A DNA stretch of 64,000 nucleotides from Eledone cirrhosa (Eukaryota). Below are positions 39,525 through 52,163 of this stretch, piece after piece. The stretch covers positions 14,012,001 to 14,076,000 of the forward strand of contig OZ024754.1 of NCBI GenBank assembly GCA_964016885.1, read 5' to 3'. Position numbers and translations under genes: made by a program. The notes beneath the pieces were generated by a model. It had not been told where the DNA came from. It did not search any database and saw only the letters and a list, made by a program, of their open reading frames with translations. Position 1 is the first letter of the stretch; each line of letters opens with the position of its first letter.

Positions 39525-39571
39525 CTCAATCAAGGAAATTTGGTAATTCTTTGTGGACAAATTGCATTTAC
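39525..39571 (-). CDS. RPTP-like D2 small exon
   Basis: acaaag| (S)KCNLSTKNYQISLIE |gtaagt; phase 1 to 0, position of DYINASxID. Confidence 0.75.
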
Positions 39572-39778
39572 CTTTGTAATATTTGAAAAAAAAAATCACC
39601 ATTAAAAACATTTAAAAATTTTTATGGAATGAACAAAGAAGATGTTGCTGATATTCTTTACATGTTTATCCTATAATTATGTGCAGGGTGGAGGAATATG
39701 GCCTAGTGGTGAGGGCGTTGGACTTATAATCATAATATCATGAGTTTAATTCTTGGACTGGGTTTTTGTGTTGTGCTC

Positions 39779-40146
39779 TTAACCTCTTCAGTGCCGTAGA
39801 CAAGATAACTCGTCCTAACATGTTTGTATTCCAGTGCCACAGACAAAATAACTCGTCCTAACATGTTTGTATTCCAGTGCCACGGACAAGATAACTCGTC
39901 CTAACATGTTTGTATTCCAGTGCCACAGATGAGATAACTCGTCCTAACATGTTTGAACTCTTTTCCAACAGTTCATAACTTCAAAGCTAGGTGGGGTTAC
40001 TAGTTTATTGATGTGACATTTCTCAATCATTCAGATATGTGTTGTTAATGAATGTTTGTTTAAAAATATAGTCATTTTACTGAAGAAAAAAAACCCGGCA
40101 CAGCGACTGTAGCTGTGTAAAATATATGTGGTAGTCAACAGGTTAA
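39779..40146. mobile_element. TTAA-flanked MITE-2 inserted into a SINE, with a 47-bp internal repeat
   Basis: Splits the SINE sequence GTGCTC-TTAA / TTAA-GCAAAACAC, showing a TTAA target duplication. Confidence 0.85.
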
Positions 40147-41059
40147 GCAAAACACTTCATTTCATGTTGCTCCAGTATACTCAGCTGAAAAAAAATGAGT
40201 ACTAGCAATAGCTGGGGATTTAGCCCTGCGATGGACTAGCATCCTGTCCAGGGGGAGTTTTGTACTCTCAATTGCTTCATGTCATGGAAACGAGGATAAA
40301 CACTGCCCTGATGAGCCTCTGGGCTTGACACAGACTTTAGATATGCGCAAGGGTAGATTTGTTCCTTGGCCATCTGTTCTGACGAGTGTTCCACTTGATA
40401 TAACCAATGAAACAGCCTGCTCATTAATTTAACGTGCTAATAGCTGGGCATTCCACAGATACGTGTACCCTCAATATTTTAGTTCTCGGGGAGATTCAGT
40501 GTGTGACTAGGCTGGCCCATTGAATTACACAGATACAACTCATGTTTTCCAGCAGAATTGACTGAAGCAATGTGAAATAAAGGGGCTTGCTCAAGGACAC
40601 AAGATGCCACTGGGAATCGAACTCATGGTCTTACAATCATGAGGCAAACCGTCTAAACATGAAGCCACATGCCTTCACAGTGCTGGATTAACCATTAAGC
40701 AACATAAACATGCTTAGGGCATCAAGGGATGAGGGACTCCCTTTTATTCAAATTAAATATATTTGTCATTTATCAAAAACAATTGTTTTAGACTTTATAC
40801 ATAGTGTGTGTATGTGTGTGTATGTGTGTGGGGGGGGGGGGGGATAACGGGGTTTTTTTGGGGGGGGCACACAGTAATGTTTTGGAGCTTGGGGCATCAA
40901 AAGGACTTGATCTGACCCTATGTGAATATGTTTGTTTATGTGTATGAGTAAGTGTGCTTGTTTGTGTGCACATGTGTGTATGTGTGTGTATGCGTGTGTG
41001 TATGTGTGTGTAAGTTGTGTATGTGTGTGTGTATGTACGCGTATGAGGTTGTTGGTGCA

Positions 41060-44000
41060 TGCATGTATGTATGTGTGTGAGTATGTTGATGTATTGGTGT
41101 GTGTGTGAATATATTAGTGCGTGTATGTGTATGAATATGCATGTGTATATGTATGAGTATGTTGGCATATTGGTGTGTGTGTGTATGAATATGCATGTGT
41201 ATATGTATGAGTATGTTGGCATATTGGTGTGTGTGTGTGTGTGTGTGTGTATGAATATGCATGTGTATATGTATCAGTAAGTTGGCATATTGGTGTGTGT
41301 GTGTGTGTGTATGAATATGCATGTGTATGTGTATGAGTATGTTGATGTATTGGTGTGTGTGTGTGTGTTTGAATATGCATGTGTATGAGTGTATGAGTAT
41401 GTTGATGTATTGGTGTGTGTGTGTGTGAATATATTAGTGCGTGTATGTGTATGAATATGCATGTGTATATGTATGAGTATGTTGGCATATTGGTGTGTGC
41501 GTGTGTGTATGAATATGCATGTGTATATGTATGAGTATGTTGGCATATTGGTGTGTGTGTGTATGAATATGCATGTGTATGTGTATGAGTATGTTGGCAT
41601 ATTGGTGTGTGTGTGTATGAATATGCATGTGTATATGTATCAGTAAGTTGGCGTATTGGTGTGTGTGTGTGTGTGTATGAATATGCATGTGTATGTGTAT
41701 GAGTATGTTGATGTATTGGTGTGTGTGTGTGTGTGTCTGTGTATGAATATGCATGTGTATGTGTATGAGTATGTTGGCATATTGGTGTGTGTGTGTATGA
41801 ATATGCATGTGTATGTGTATGAGTATGTTGATGTATTGGTGTGTGTGTGTGTGTTTGAATATGCATGTGTATGAGTGTATGAGTATGTTGATGTATTGGT
41901 GTGTGTGTGTCTGAATATATTAGTGCGTGTATGTGTATGAATATGCATGTGTATATGTATGAGTATGTTGGCATATTGGTGTGTGTGTGTATGAATATGC
42001 ATGTGTATATGTATGAGTATGTTGGCATATTGGTGTATGTGTGTCATCATCATCATCATCACCGTTTTACGTCCGTTCTTCCACGCTAGCATGGGTTAGA
42101 TGGGTTGTCCTGTTGTGGGCAGTGTCTGGTCGGCTGACCATGCCTTGCTCATACAGGAACTGATCTGGCTTGATTTCTACAGCTGGATGCCCTTCCTAAC
42201 ACCAACCTCATTTACAGTGAGTGCTGGGTGCTTTTTCGTGGCGCCTACACGTCCACTTTACAGTGTGGACTGGGTGCTTTTTTGCCGTGGCACCTCCACG
42301 GCCACCTTGCGGTGGAGGGGGGGGGGGCATATTGTTTATATGCTTCAGCATGTACCCATGGGAGGTCGGGTACCCTGTATTACTGCGTGACGCCAGAAGT
42401 CACGGTCGTGTGTCATTGACTTTGAGAGGTGTAGTTGGGTAAGGTCGGCTTTTATCACCTCATCCCAAGTCATCTTGGGTCTCCCCACTCCGCGGTTTCC
42501 ATCAACTTCTAGTGCTCTGCACCTTTTTATGCAGCTGTCATCCTTCATACGCATCACATGTCCATACCAGCGTAACCGCCTCTCCTGCACGCAGCATTTG
42601 ATTCCTCTTATGCTCAGTCTCTCTCTCAATTCCTTTATGCTTTGTCGTTCACGTATATTACTGTTACACATCCATCGGAGCATGCAGGCTTCGTTTCTCT
42701 CTAATCTACGTAAGTCTTCCACCTTCAGCGCCCAGGTCTCACTACCATGCAACATCGCTGTTCGGATACACGCATCATACAGTCTGCCTTTCATTCTGAG
42801 GGAGAAGCCTTTTGCAGCTAGCAGTGGTAGTAGTTCCCTAAACTTCTTCCATCCCGTTCTTACCCTAGTTATTGTACTTTCTGAGCACCCACTTCCGTTG
42901 CTAATTCGGTCACCTAGGTAGCAGAAGCTGTCTACTGTTTCTACAGGGCCCTCCCAGAGATTGGTGGTACTTGTTTCCTGTGGCTGTTTGCTTGCTGTTT
43001 CAGCACAGCTGCTGCATGTGAATCCTACATTCTTAATTAAGCTTCCTGAGATCCCGCTACATCTCTTGTGTACCCATTGTTTGCATTTGGGGCAGAGAAT
43101 GGAGTTTCTACCTACACCTTTCCTACATACTGAGCAAGGCCATTTCCCTGAGGGGATCTGGGTTCTGTTTTCTCGTCTACTTACAAGGACCTTAGTCTTT
43201 GTCATGTTGACTTTGAGGCCCTTTCTCTCTAGTCCCTGCTTCCAGGTTTGGAATTTATTCTCTAGTTCTACCATAGATTCAGCTATGAGTGCGAGGTCAT
43301 CAGCATACAGGAGTTCCCATGGGCATCCGGTCTTAAACTCCTCCGTTATTGCCTGCAGGACTATGATGAACAGGAGAGGGCTAAGAACAGAGCCCTGGTG
43401 GACCCCAACCTGTACGCTAAATTCCTCGCTATACTCATTGCCAATCCTAACTTTGCTGACTGCTCCCCTATACATGGCTTGTACCGCTTTCACAAGCCAT
43501 TCATCTACTCCTAGTTTTCTAAGAGCCCACCAGATTACAGCACGTGGAACTCTGTCAAAGGCTTTCTCAAGGTCGACAAATGCCAAGTAGAGTGGCTTAC
43601 TTTTAGCTAGGTACTTTTCCTGTAATTGCCTCACAAGGAAGAGGGCATCAGTGGTGCCTTTCCCTGGTACAAACCCAAATTGCATCTCGTCTATATTCAC
43701 CCGGTCCCTAATCAGCTGTGCTATAACTCTTTCTGTTACTTTCATGACCTGGTCCATCAACTTTATACCTCTATAGTTTCCTCTATCTAGTGCATCGCCT
43801 TTACCTTTGTAGCAGTTGACAATGATGCTACTGCACCAATCTTTTGGTATGGCCCCCTCTAGTATTACCTGGTTAACGATACGTGTGGTTATAGTGTGAC
43901 CTACAGACCCAGATGCCTTCAGCATCTCGGCAGCTATACCCGATGGACCGGTTGCCTTCCCTATCTTCATATCTCTGATTGCCTTACTTACTACGCTGCC

Positions 44001-45735
44001 GCTGACTTGTACTGCTGGTCCCTCTATAGGGTCTACGTGGGGTAGGGTCTCTTCTTCCCATGCATTCTCCTCATTTAGTAATCTATCATAATGACTCTTC
44101 CATGCATCTTTCTTCTCAGCACTTGTGAGGGCAAGCTCACCTTTATCATTCCGGATACACTTCTCTCCAATGACATCACAACTATCTCTGACACACTGCC
44201 TCGCAATCTTGAATACCTCCTGTTTCTGGTCCTCACGTTGTAAAACATGCTTGAATTTTCTATCCTCTGCTTCCCTCCTAGCTAAGTATACTTGTCGCCT
44301 AGCTTCCCTCTTGGTCTCTATGTAATGTACCCTGCTCCCCCCGTTCTTCCATTCTTTCCATGCCTGTCTCTTGGCCTTGACTGCTTCATCTACCTTATTG
44401 TTCCACCACCAAGTCACTCTCCTCCTGCTTGAGGTCTTACTCCAGCCACAAACCTCATCCGTCGCCTCTAGTAAGTTATTTTTTAGGAACTCCCAGTTCT
44501 CTTCTAAATGTCTCTATCTGTTCTTCTTTACTGTCGTAGGCGTTGAGTAAAATATCTTTAAATCTGTTACTGGTTGAGGGGACTTTCAGCTTCCAGATCT
44601 TTCTTCTCCAGGTTGGCCTCTGTTTCAGGGCTCGTCTAGTTCTGACCGTGAGGTCGCTGACAACTAAGCTATGTTGGGATGTACATTCCTCACTAGGGAA
44701 GGCTTTTGTGTTTACGACCGTCCATCTGTCACGTCCTCTGATGAGGATAAAATCTAACTGACTAGAGTGTATGTGTGTGTATGTGTGTGTATGAATATGC
44801 ATGTGTATGTGTATGAGTATGTTGGCATATTGGTGTATGTGTGTGTATGAATATGCATGTGTATATGTATCAGTATGTTGGCATATTGGTGTATGTGTGT
44901 ATGAATATGCATGTGTATGTGTATGAGTATGTTGATGTATTGGTGTGTGTGTGTGTGTTTGAATATGCATGTGTATGAGTGTATGAGTATGTTGATGCAT
45001 TGGTGTGTGTGAATATATTAGTGCGTGTATGTGTATGAATATGCATGTGTATATGTATGAGTATGTTGGCATATTGGTGTGTGTGTGTGTATGAATATGC
45101 ATGTGTATATGTATGAGTATGTTGGCATATTGGTGTGTGTGTGTATGAATATGCATGTGTATATGTATGAGTATGTTGGCATATTGGTGTGTGTGTGTGT
45201 GTATGAATATGCATGTGTATGTGTATCAGTAAGTTGGCATATTGGTGTGTGTGTGTGTGTATGAATATGCATGTGTATATGTATGAGTATGTTGGCATAT
45301 TGGTGTGTGTGTGTGTGTATGAATATGCATGTGTATGTGTATGAGTATGTTGATGTATTGGTGTGTGTGTGTGTGAATATATTAGTGCGTGTATGTGTAT
45401 GAATATGCATGTGTATATGTATGAGTATGTTGGCATATTGGTGTGTGTGTGTATGAATATGCATGTGTATATGTATCAGTAAATTGGCATATTGGTGTGT
45501 GTGTGTATGAATATGCATGTGTATGTGTATGAGTATGTTGATGTATTGGTGTGTGTGTGTGTGTGTCTGTGTATGAATATGCATGTATATATGTATCAGT
45601 AAGTTGGCATATTGGTGTGTGTGTGTGTGTATGAATATGCATGTGTATGTGTATGAGTATGTTGATGTATTGGTGTGTGTGTGTGTGTCTGTGTATGAAT
45701 ATGCATGTGTATATGTATCAGTAAGTTGGCATATT

Positions 45736-45830
<95 letters not shown>
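41060..45830. repeat. About 52-60 bp (GT)-rich minisatellite interrupted by the RTE LINE
   Basis: ATGAATATGCATGTGTATATGTATGAGTATGTTGGCATATTG(GT)n on both sides of 42045-44765. Confidence 0.93.
42045..44765 (-). mobile_element. 5'-truncated RTE-clade LINE inserted in a minisatellite (APE C-terminus, RT, 3'UTR, (TGA)n tail)
   Basis: 690-aa ORF 42345-44417 with NYRGIKL, DLEKAFD, GVHQGSVLSP, LLYADD and RLRWYGH; APE end (SQLDFIL...SQHSLV) upstream of a frameshift. Confidence 0.95.
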
Positions 45831-45833
<3 letters not shown>

Positions 45834-45909
45834 ACATTAGTTAAGACATATCATATATATATGTTATTCTCATTCTCCACTCCACTATATCCTATTAACT
45901 GATACTTAC

Positions 45910-45976
45910 TAGTATATAGCTCTTCAAGTAGATCACAGATGTAATTATTGTCTTGCCCAGTTTGTCCAATGATGTT
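45910..45976 (-). CDS. RPTP-like D2 N-terminal small exon
   Basis: ttgcag| NIIGQTGQDNNYICDLLEELYT |gtaagt; phase 0 to 1 bridges the neighbouring exons. Confidence 0.75.
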
Positions 45977-46231
45977 CTGCAAACAACAAAATTACATGTA
46001 AGATTATTGATACGATAATGGTTCATTTTGAAACTTGCATTCATCCTTTGGGAGCCCCTACATGGACACACTAGAAGAGGAAGACCAAGGTTAACATATG
46101 TTGATGCCCTAAGGACAGACACTGGTCTGTTGGAGATGCAGGATATGGCAGCGATAATGAGGGACAGAGACCGCTGGAGAGAACTCGTCCATGGATCTCG
46201 GGAATTTTACCCGCCTTAGATAGATAGATAG

Positions 46232-47105
46232 ATTCATACGAAAATAGGCAATCATTCTGATGTAAGAGATGAGAGGATCAAGACATCTGTTTTATTGTCC
46301 AAGACTATGGATATATGTAGAGATGAAAGACTTAACCTTTTAGCATTTAAACCGGCCATATCTAGCCATATCTAGCCAGAATTCTCTCATCTCTTTCTCT
46401 TCAAACCAGCTATAAATATATATAAACATCATGGAGACACATGGCTTAGTGGTTAGAGCATTGGCCTTGCAATTGAAAGGTTTGAGTTCAATTCTCAGAC
46501 CGGGTGATGTGTTGTTTCCTTGCATTCACACGAAAATAGGCAATCATTCTGATGTAAGAGATGAGAGGATCAAGACATCTGTTTTATTGTCCAAGACTAT
46601 GGATATATGTAGAGATGAAAGACTTAACCTTTTAGCATTTAAACCGGCCATATCTAGCCATATCTAGCCAGAATTCTCTCATCTCTTTCTCTTCAAACCA
46701 GCTATAAATATATATAAACATCATGGAGACACATGGCTTAGTGGTTAGAGCATTGGCCTTGCAATTGAAAGGTTTGAGTTCAATTCTCAGACCGGGTGAT
46801 GTGTTGTTTCCTTGCATTCACACGAAAATAGGCAATCATTCTGATGTAAGAGATGAGAGGATCAAGACATCTGTTTTATTGTCCAAGACTATGGATATAT
46901 GTAGAGATGAAAGACTTAACCTTTTAGCATTTAAACCGGCCATATCTAGCCATATCTAGCCAGAATTCTCTCATCTCTTTCTCTTCAAACCAGCTATAAA
47001 TATATATAAACATCATGGAGGCACATGGCTTAGTGGTTAGAGCATTGGCCTTGCAATCGAAAGGTTGTGAGTTCAATTCTCAGACCAGGTGATGTGTTGT
47101 TTCCT
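46232..47105. repeat. 292-bp tandem triplication
   Basis: Units start at 46232, 46524 and 46816; each contains a MITE-1 left end and a SINE-A head. Confidence 0.93.
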
Positions 47106-47361
47106 TGAGCAAGACACTTTATTTCACATTGCTCCAGTTTACTCAGCTGTAGAAATGAGATGATAGGGACTGGGGTCCATATCATTCCACTGTAAAGTGG
47201 TTGTGGAGGTGCCACGGCAAAAAAGCACCCAGCACTCACTGTAAATGAGGTTGGTGTTAGGAAGGGCATCCAGCTGTAGAAATTGAGCCAGAATCAGTTC
47301 CCGTCCCACCCTTGCAAGCAGGGAAAAGCGGACGTAAAATGATGATGATGATGATGATGAT
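47017..47361 (+). mobile_element. SINE-A
   Basis: Full-length copy; head fragments repeated at 46433 and 46725. Confidence 0.88.
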
Positions 47362-47822
47362 CTATAATATATATAAACATCCTTTAAAACCCTCATGCTT
47401 CCCGAAATATGCCAAAACTACACCTGATGTACCCCTTCCATACACATGCACACGTGTATATCATGACTCATGCACTGTTCATTTTCCTGACGTTTGTACA
47501 TTACCCTATGTACTATACATACACTTTTTGAGGAGTTGTAGTGCACCTGAGCACTGTACCCAATATTTCATTATTATTATAACTGGCTGCTCATACTGAT
47601 GTTAAGGTATTGTTGTCAAAATAAATAATATCAAAATTTTATAGATTCGATATTATTTCAAATAATCATGTGAAATAAAGTGTTTTCCATGAAAATATAA
47701 AAGTATATATAAAGTAATGTAAATGCTAAAGGGTTAAAGATGAAAGACCTACAGATGATTGAAGAATATATCAAATAGATGGATGGACAGATGGAGGTGG
47801 AGGTAGGTAGGTAGGTAGATAG

Positions 47823-47834
<12 letters not shown>

Positions 47835-47853
<19 letters not shown>

Positions 47854-48785
47854 ATCTTTCTTTATTAGCCACAGGGGCGTACAAAAATGGGACATTACAA
47901 GACATAAAAATCATATAACTTTAACAATAATAAATAACAATAAACTATATATAATGAAATAACAATTGAAATCCCCAATAGGGGGAACGTTACTGCAGGG
48001 TTGTTTTACACCCCGTGGATAGAACAACCCTCAACACCAGGAACACGTTTTGTAGGTGTTTCTGTCTTCCCTCTGTTTATCTTCCTCAAGCTACAGGTTT
48101 ATATACAGAGAAATCCCATTCACTCGGGCCATTTTCGCCACATTCACCCACCTTTCAGCGATTTTACTGGGGTGTAGCACCTCTCTCTCCACTCTCGCCT
48201 TCCTTCTGAAGTGTTACTTAAAGAAGGGGATAAGTTGTTGTCCGGAGAGAAAGGTGTTTGCTCTCAGTCCTTTTAACCTCGTCCACCATATTACCTCTTT
48301 CACCATAGCCACCAGACAGAGGAAAGCCGACTCTCCTTCATTCTTAAATGAAGGTGGCGGGGTGATCCTCATTATGGACTCAGCTGACAACTGGATACGT
48401 CCCGCACATGACAGCAGCTGTTTGACATAATTCCACAGGTCGGTCACCCCTGGGCACTGAACAATTGCGTGCAGAACGGTTTTGATGTCCTGCTCGCATC
48501 TTGGAGACAAACTTTTGGCAGGATCCCTTTTGTCTCAAACTGATAGAGCTCCTCGGTAGCACTACCAGGCCGGAGATCTCTGGAAGTTATCCATAGGCCC
48601 TGGGCGGAAAGTCCTCCCCAACAGACTGGCCAGTTCGTCCTCTTCGATGCCTAGAGTTTCTCCGAGAATGTCATCGCACTTATCCTCCACTAATCTCCTA
48701 TAGAATGTTGGCATGGAATCTCTGCTGATTGCTGTTTCCACTTGGTAAAGGGCTGTGAGCGCCTGAAGGCACTCAAGGTACCAGA
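47835..48785 (-). mobile_element. Tx1/L1-like LINE 3' fragment flanked by (GATA)/(GGTA) repeats
   Basis: Homologous to the 58608-59420 ORF (MDNFQRS...AKEVIWWTRLKGLR). Confidence 0.85.
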
Positions 48786-48865
48786 TAGTAGATAGATAGA
48801 TAGATATGACAACATGATATACAGAGCTAGAGAAAGAGAGAGTATAGTGAGGGAGAATTGCTTAC

Positions 48866-49015
48866 CATGAACTGATTGTCTGCAATTGACAGTTCAGTTG
48901 TTCTGTCCTTTACAGAAATTCTGTCAATTTCTTCTTTCAAATGATGCATTTTAATGTCACAACCAGCAGTTAGCATACTCTCAGTTAAGACATCATAAAC
49001 AAATTCAAGCTGTAC
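48866..49015 (-). CDS. RPTP-like D1 C-terminal helix and D1-D2 linker exon
   Basis: cactag| VQLEFVYDVLTESMLTAGCDIKMHHLKEEIDRISVKDRTTELSIADNQFM |gtaag; matches the QYxFxxDALxE..G.T.I linker pattern. Confidence 0.9.
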
Positions 49016-50291
49016 CTAGTGACAGGAAAAATTACATTTTCAATAAAATAGTTAAGCTTAAACCAAAGAGAAATCTAATTTTATTTTCTGTTTTAGATAT
49101 AATATTAATTTTTAGTAGAAGCTAACAGGGTTAACAAATTTGGGGACGGACAAAGTTGATTACATCAACCCCAGTACTTGACTGGTACTTTATATTATTG
49201 ACCCTGGAAAGATGAAAGGCAAAGTTGACCTCAGTGGGATTTGAACTCAGAACGTAAAAAGCCAAAACAAATTCTGCAATGGCATTTTATCCATTGCTGT
49301 ACCAATTCTGCCATGCCACCACCCCTTCACTCTGCTAATTCTTCCAATCCACTACCCCTTCTACAGCTTGATACCCTTCCTAATGCCAACCACATTACAA
49401 TGTGGACTGGCTGCTTTTTGTTGTGTCACCAAGATGACTAACTGGCTGCTATTGGTGTTGTTACACCATATCAGCATACAAGGTGGATTTCTTCATATTT
49501 ATATTAAAAGTTTCCATCATTATTTTTTAAATAAATTTTTTGTGAAATGATGTTTCAAATAGCAGCTTATTAATTTAAATGTTAGTTATTTTATTAAACT
49601 CCTCCCAATTCTTTTTATTATTTTCAAATTTTTTTTAAACATATAGGCAAAGTACTTAATTAGAAATCAATAACAAAATGGTTAAACGAGGGAAGGATTA
49701 ATTACTGTATACTCAAATATTAGCTGAGGAATATGTGACAAAAAAATAGATCGAGGTCAATATTTTGACAATTTTCACCAACTTTAAATTCTATGTAAAT
49801 AAGGTTTCGATTTTTGCCCATTTCTCAAACATAGATTAGTGAGGTTGGCTTGTATTTGTATTGGCTTATATTTGAGTATATACCGTCTAAACCCATGTTA
49901 GCGTGGAAGATAGACGTTAAACGATGATGATGGTGATGATGATGATGGTGGTGGTGGTGGTATATGGATCTAGGTAGTTAACTGCTTTTATTTTATTGAT
50001 TCTAGAAAAATTAAAATCAAAGTCTTGAACTTAGATCTGCTATTTGAAATAGTAATTTCAGTAATTTGCACTCATAAACAACTATTTATATCATTTTACT
50101 TCTCATTTGGTGGTTAATGTTAAGGAGGGAAGCCAGCTGTAAAGATCCATCCAAAATATAGTTCCATTTGAGCAAGGTACGATGTGGCCAGCTGGCCAGT
50201 CTTGTTTCATAATGTGGAAAACCTGTCTAATCCTTGCAAACATGGAAAAATACTCGTTCAATAGTGATGATGATGATGATGATGATCATGG

Positions 50292-50360
<69 letters not shown>

Positions 50361-50455
50361 CGATGATGGTGACGATGGTGATGAAGATGATGATGATGAT
50401 GATGATATTAAAACTGAATATCTACAGAGAATATAATATAGAATCTCATACAAAC

Positions 50456-50591
50456 CCTCTGAGTGAATATCAAACTTCTTTCATTATACAGTTGTCTAAT
50501 GCTGTACGATGCATTAAGAGGTATATTTTGCTCAAACTTCTTCAGAAGAATATCAAGGCAGATATACGTTCCTGTAGACCCTGCACCAGCT
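50456..50591 (-). CDS. RPTP-like D1 exon (signature 3' part, Q-loop)
   Basis: tttcag| KAGAGSTGTYICLDILLKKFEQNIPLNASYSIRQLYNERSLIFTQR |gtttgt; weak donor, but phase fits the next exon. Confidence 0.88.
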
Positions 50592-51480
50592 CTGAAATGT
50601 AAGGGTTTTTAATTTAGACACAAAGCCAGAAATTTGCGTGGAAGGGAAAGTCAATTGATTCAACCCCAGTACTTGACTGCTATTTCATTTTATCAATTTC
50701 AAGCTGAGCTAGTTAGTATAGCTTACTAACAACAACTATATTACTAAGTTAGTTAGTATAGCTTACTAACAACAACTATATTACTGAGCTAGTTAGTATA
50801 GCTTACTAACAACAACTATATTACTGAGTTAGTTAATATAGCTTACTAACAACAACTATATTATATTACTAAGTTAGTTAGTATAGCTTACTAACAACAA
50901 CTATATTACTGAGCTAGTTAGTATAGCTTACTAACAACAACTATATTGCTGAGTTAATTAGTATAGCTTACTAACAACAACTATATTACTGAGTTAGTAT
51001 AGCTTACTAACAACAACTATATCACTGAGTTAGTTAGTATAGCTTACTAACAACAACTATATTACTGAGTTAGTATAGCTTACTAACAACAACTATATCA
51101 CTGAGTTAGTTAGTATAGCTTACTAACAACAACTATATTACTGAGTTAGTATAGCTAGTTCTATTTCAATTCTAAACTCACTACATTCCAAATATACTTC
51201 CTATATTATCTCTTTTCAATCAACAACTCTGTAACCTCCAATATCTGTCTACATTTATATTTAGTGGTTGAGTCCTTGTTAAAAAGCCATGAAACCAACT
51301 GTCACTTAATAATAAGAAAAATAAATACATACTCATAGAGAGATTACTTACATCTGATGTTTGGGATATAACCTATTTTTCACTATCGATAATTTCACAT
51401 CGTAATAAATTCAAGAAAAGTCAGTTTTTTAATTAAGAAATAAAAACAAACCAACAAAGGCATGATGCTGAATCACTTAC

Positions 51481-51638
51481 TTGCTTTGAACAACAATTGG
51501 GTATTTCAAATCACTGCAAGAGTTGACTTTTTGTCGAAAGTTTATAATACATTCTGGGTTTGATGGAATCATACCTTCAGGCCAACTGGTAAAGTTGAAG
51601 TGAGTTACTGAGCGCATGACAAATGGCTTAGAATCAGG
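51481..51638 (-). CDS. RPTP-like D1 exon (WPD-loop region and start of signature)
   Basis: ttgtag| PDSKPFVMRSVTHFNFTSWPEGMIPSNPECIINFRQKVNSCSDLKYPIVVQS |gtaagt. Confidence 0.92.
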
Positions 51639-51832
51639 CTACAATAATATATATAAATATAACTTACACTATATAGTATAAAGTATAATAGCTTGTAAGT
51701 AGTTATATATATATATATATATATATAAGTAGTTATATATATATATATATATATAATAAAGGAAATGTGGTAAGGAACCAGATGGACCATAATGCACCAA
51801 AGTACTCAATACTTAGGGTAGTAGAGTAGGTA

Positions 51833-52042
51833 ATAGGAATGAGTAGGACCCCGACGGCTGAGCTCAAGCCGTTTTGACGGCTAATTCTGGACTAAAATTA
51901 CTGAGTTAGTATAGCTAGTTCTATTTCAATTAGTATAGCTAGTTCTATTTCACTTCTAAACTCACTACATTCGAGATATACTTTTTAGTCCAGAATTAGC
52001 CGTCGAAACGGCTTGAGCTCAGCCGTCGGGGTCCTACTCGTT

Positions 52043-52047
<5 letters not shown>
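51833..52047. repeat. Fold-back element, 64-bp arms
   Basis: ATAGGAATGAGTAGGACCCCGACGG... / ...CCGTCGGGGTCCTACTCGTTCCTAT then (TA)n. Confidence 0.92.
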
Positions 52048-52091
<44 letters not shown>

Positions 52092-52163
52092 TGAAGTTTC
52101 CGTTGAAAATTGAAAAAGTCATAGGAGTGAAGAGTGCTCTATGTAAGTACCAGAGCTAAATTT

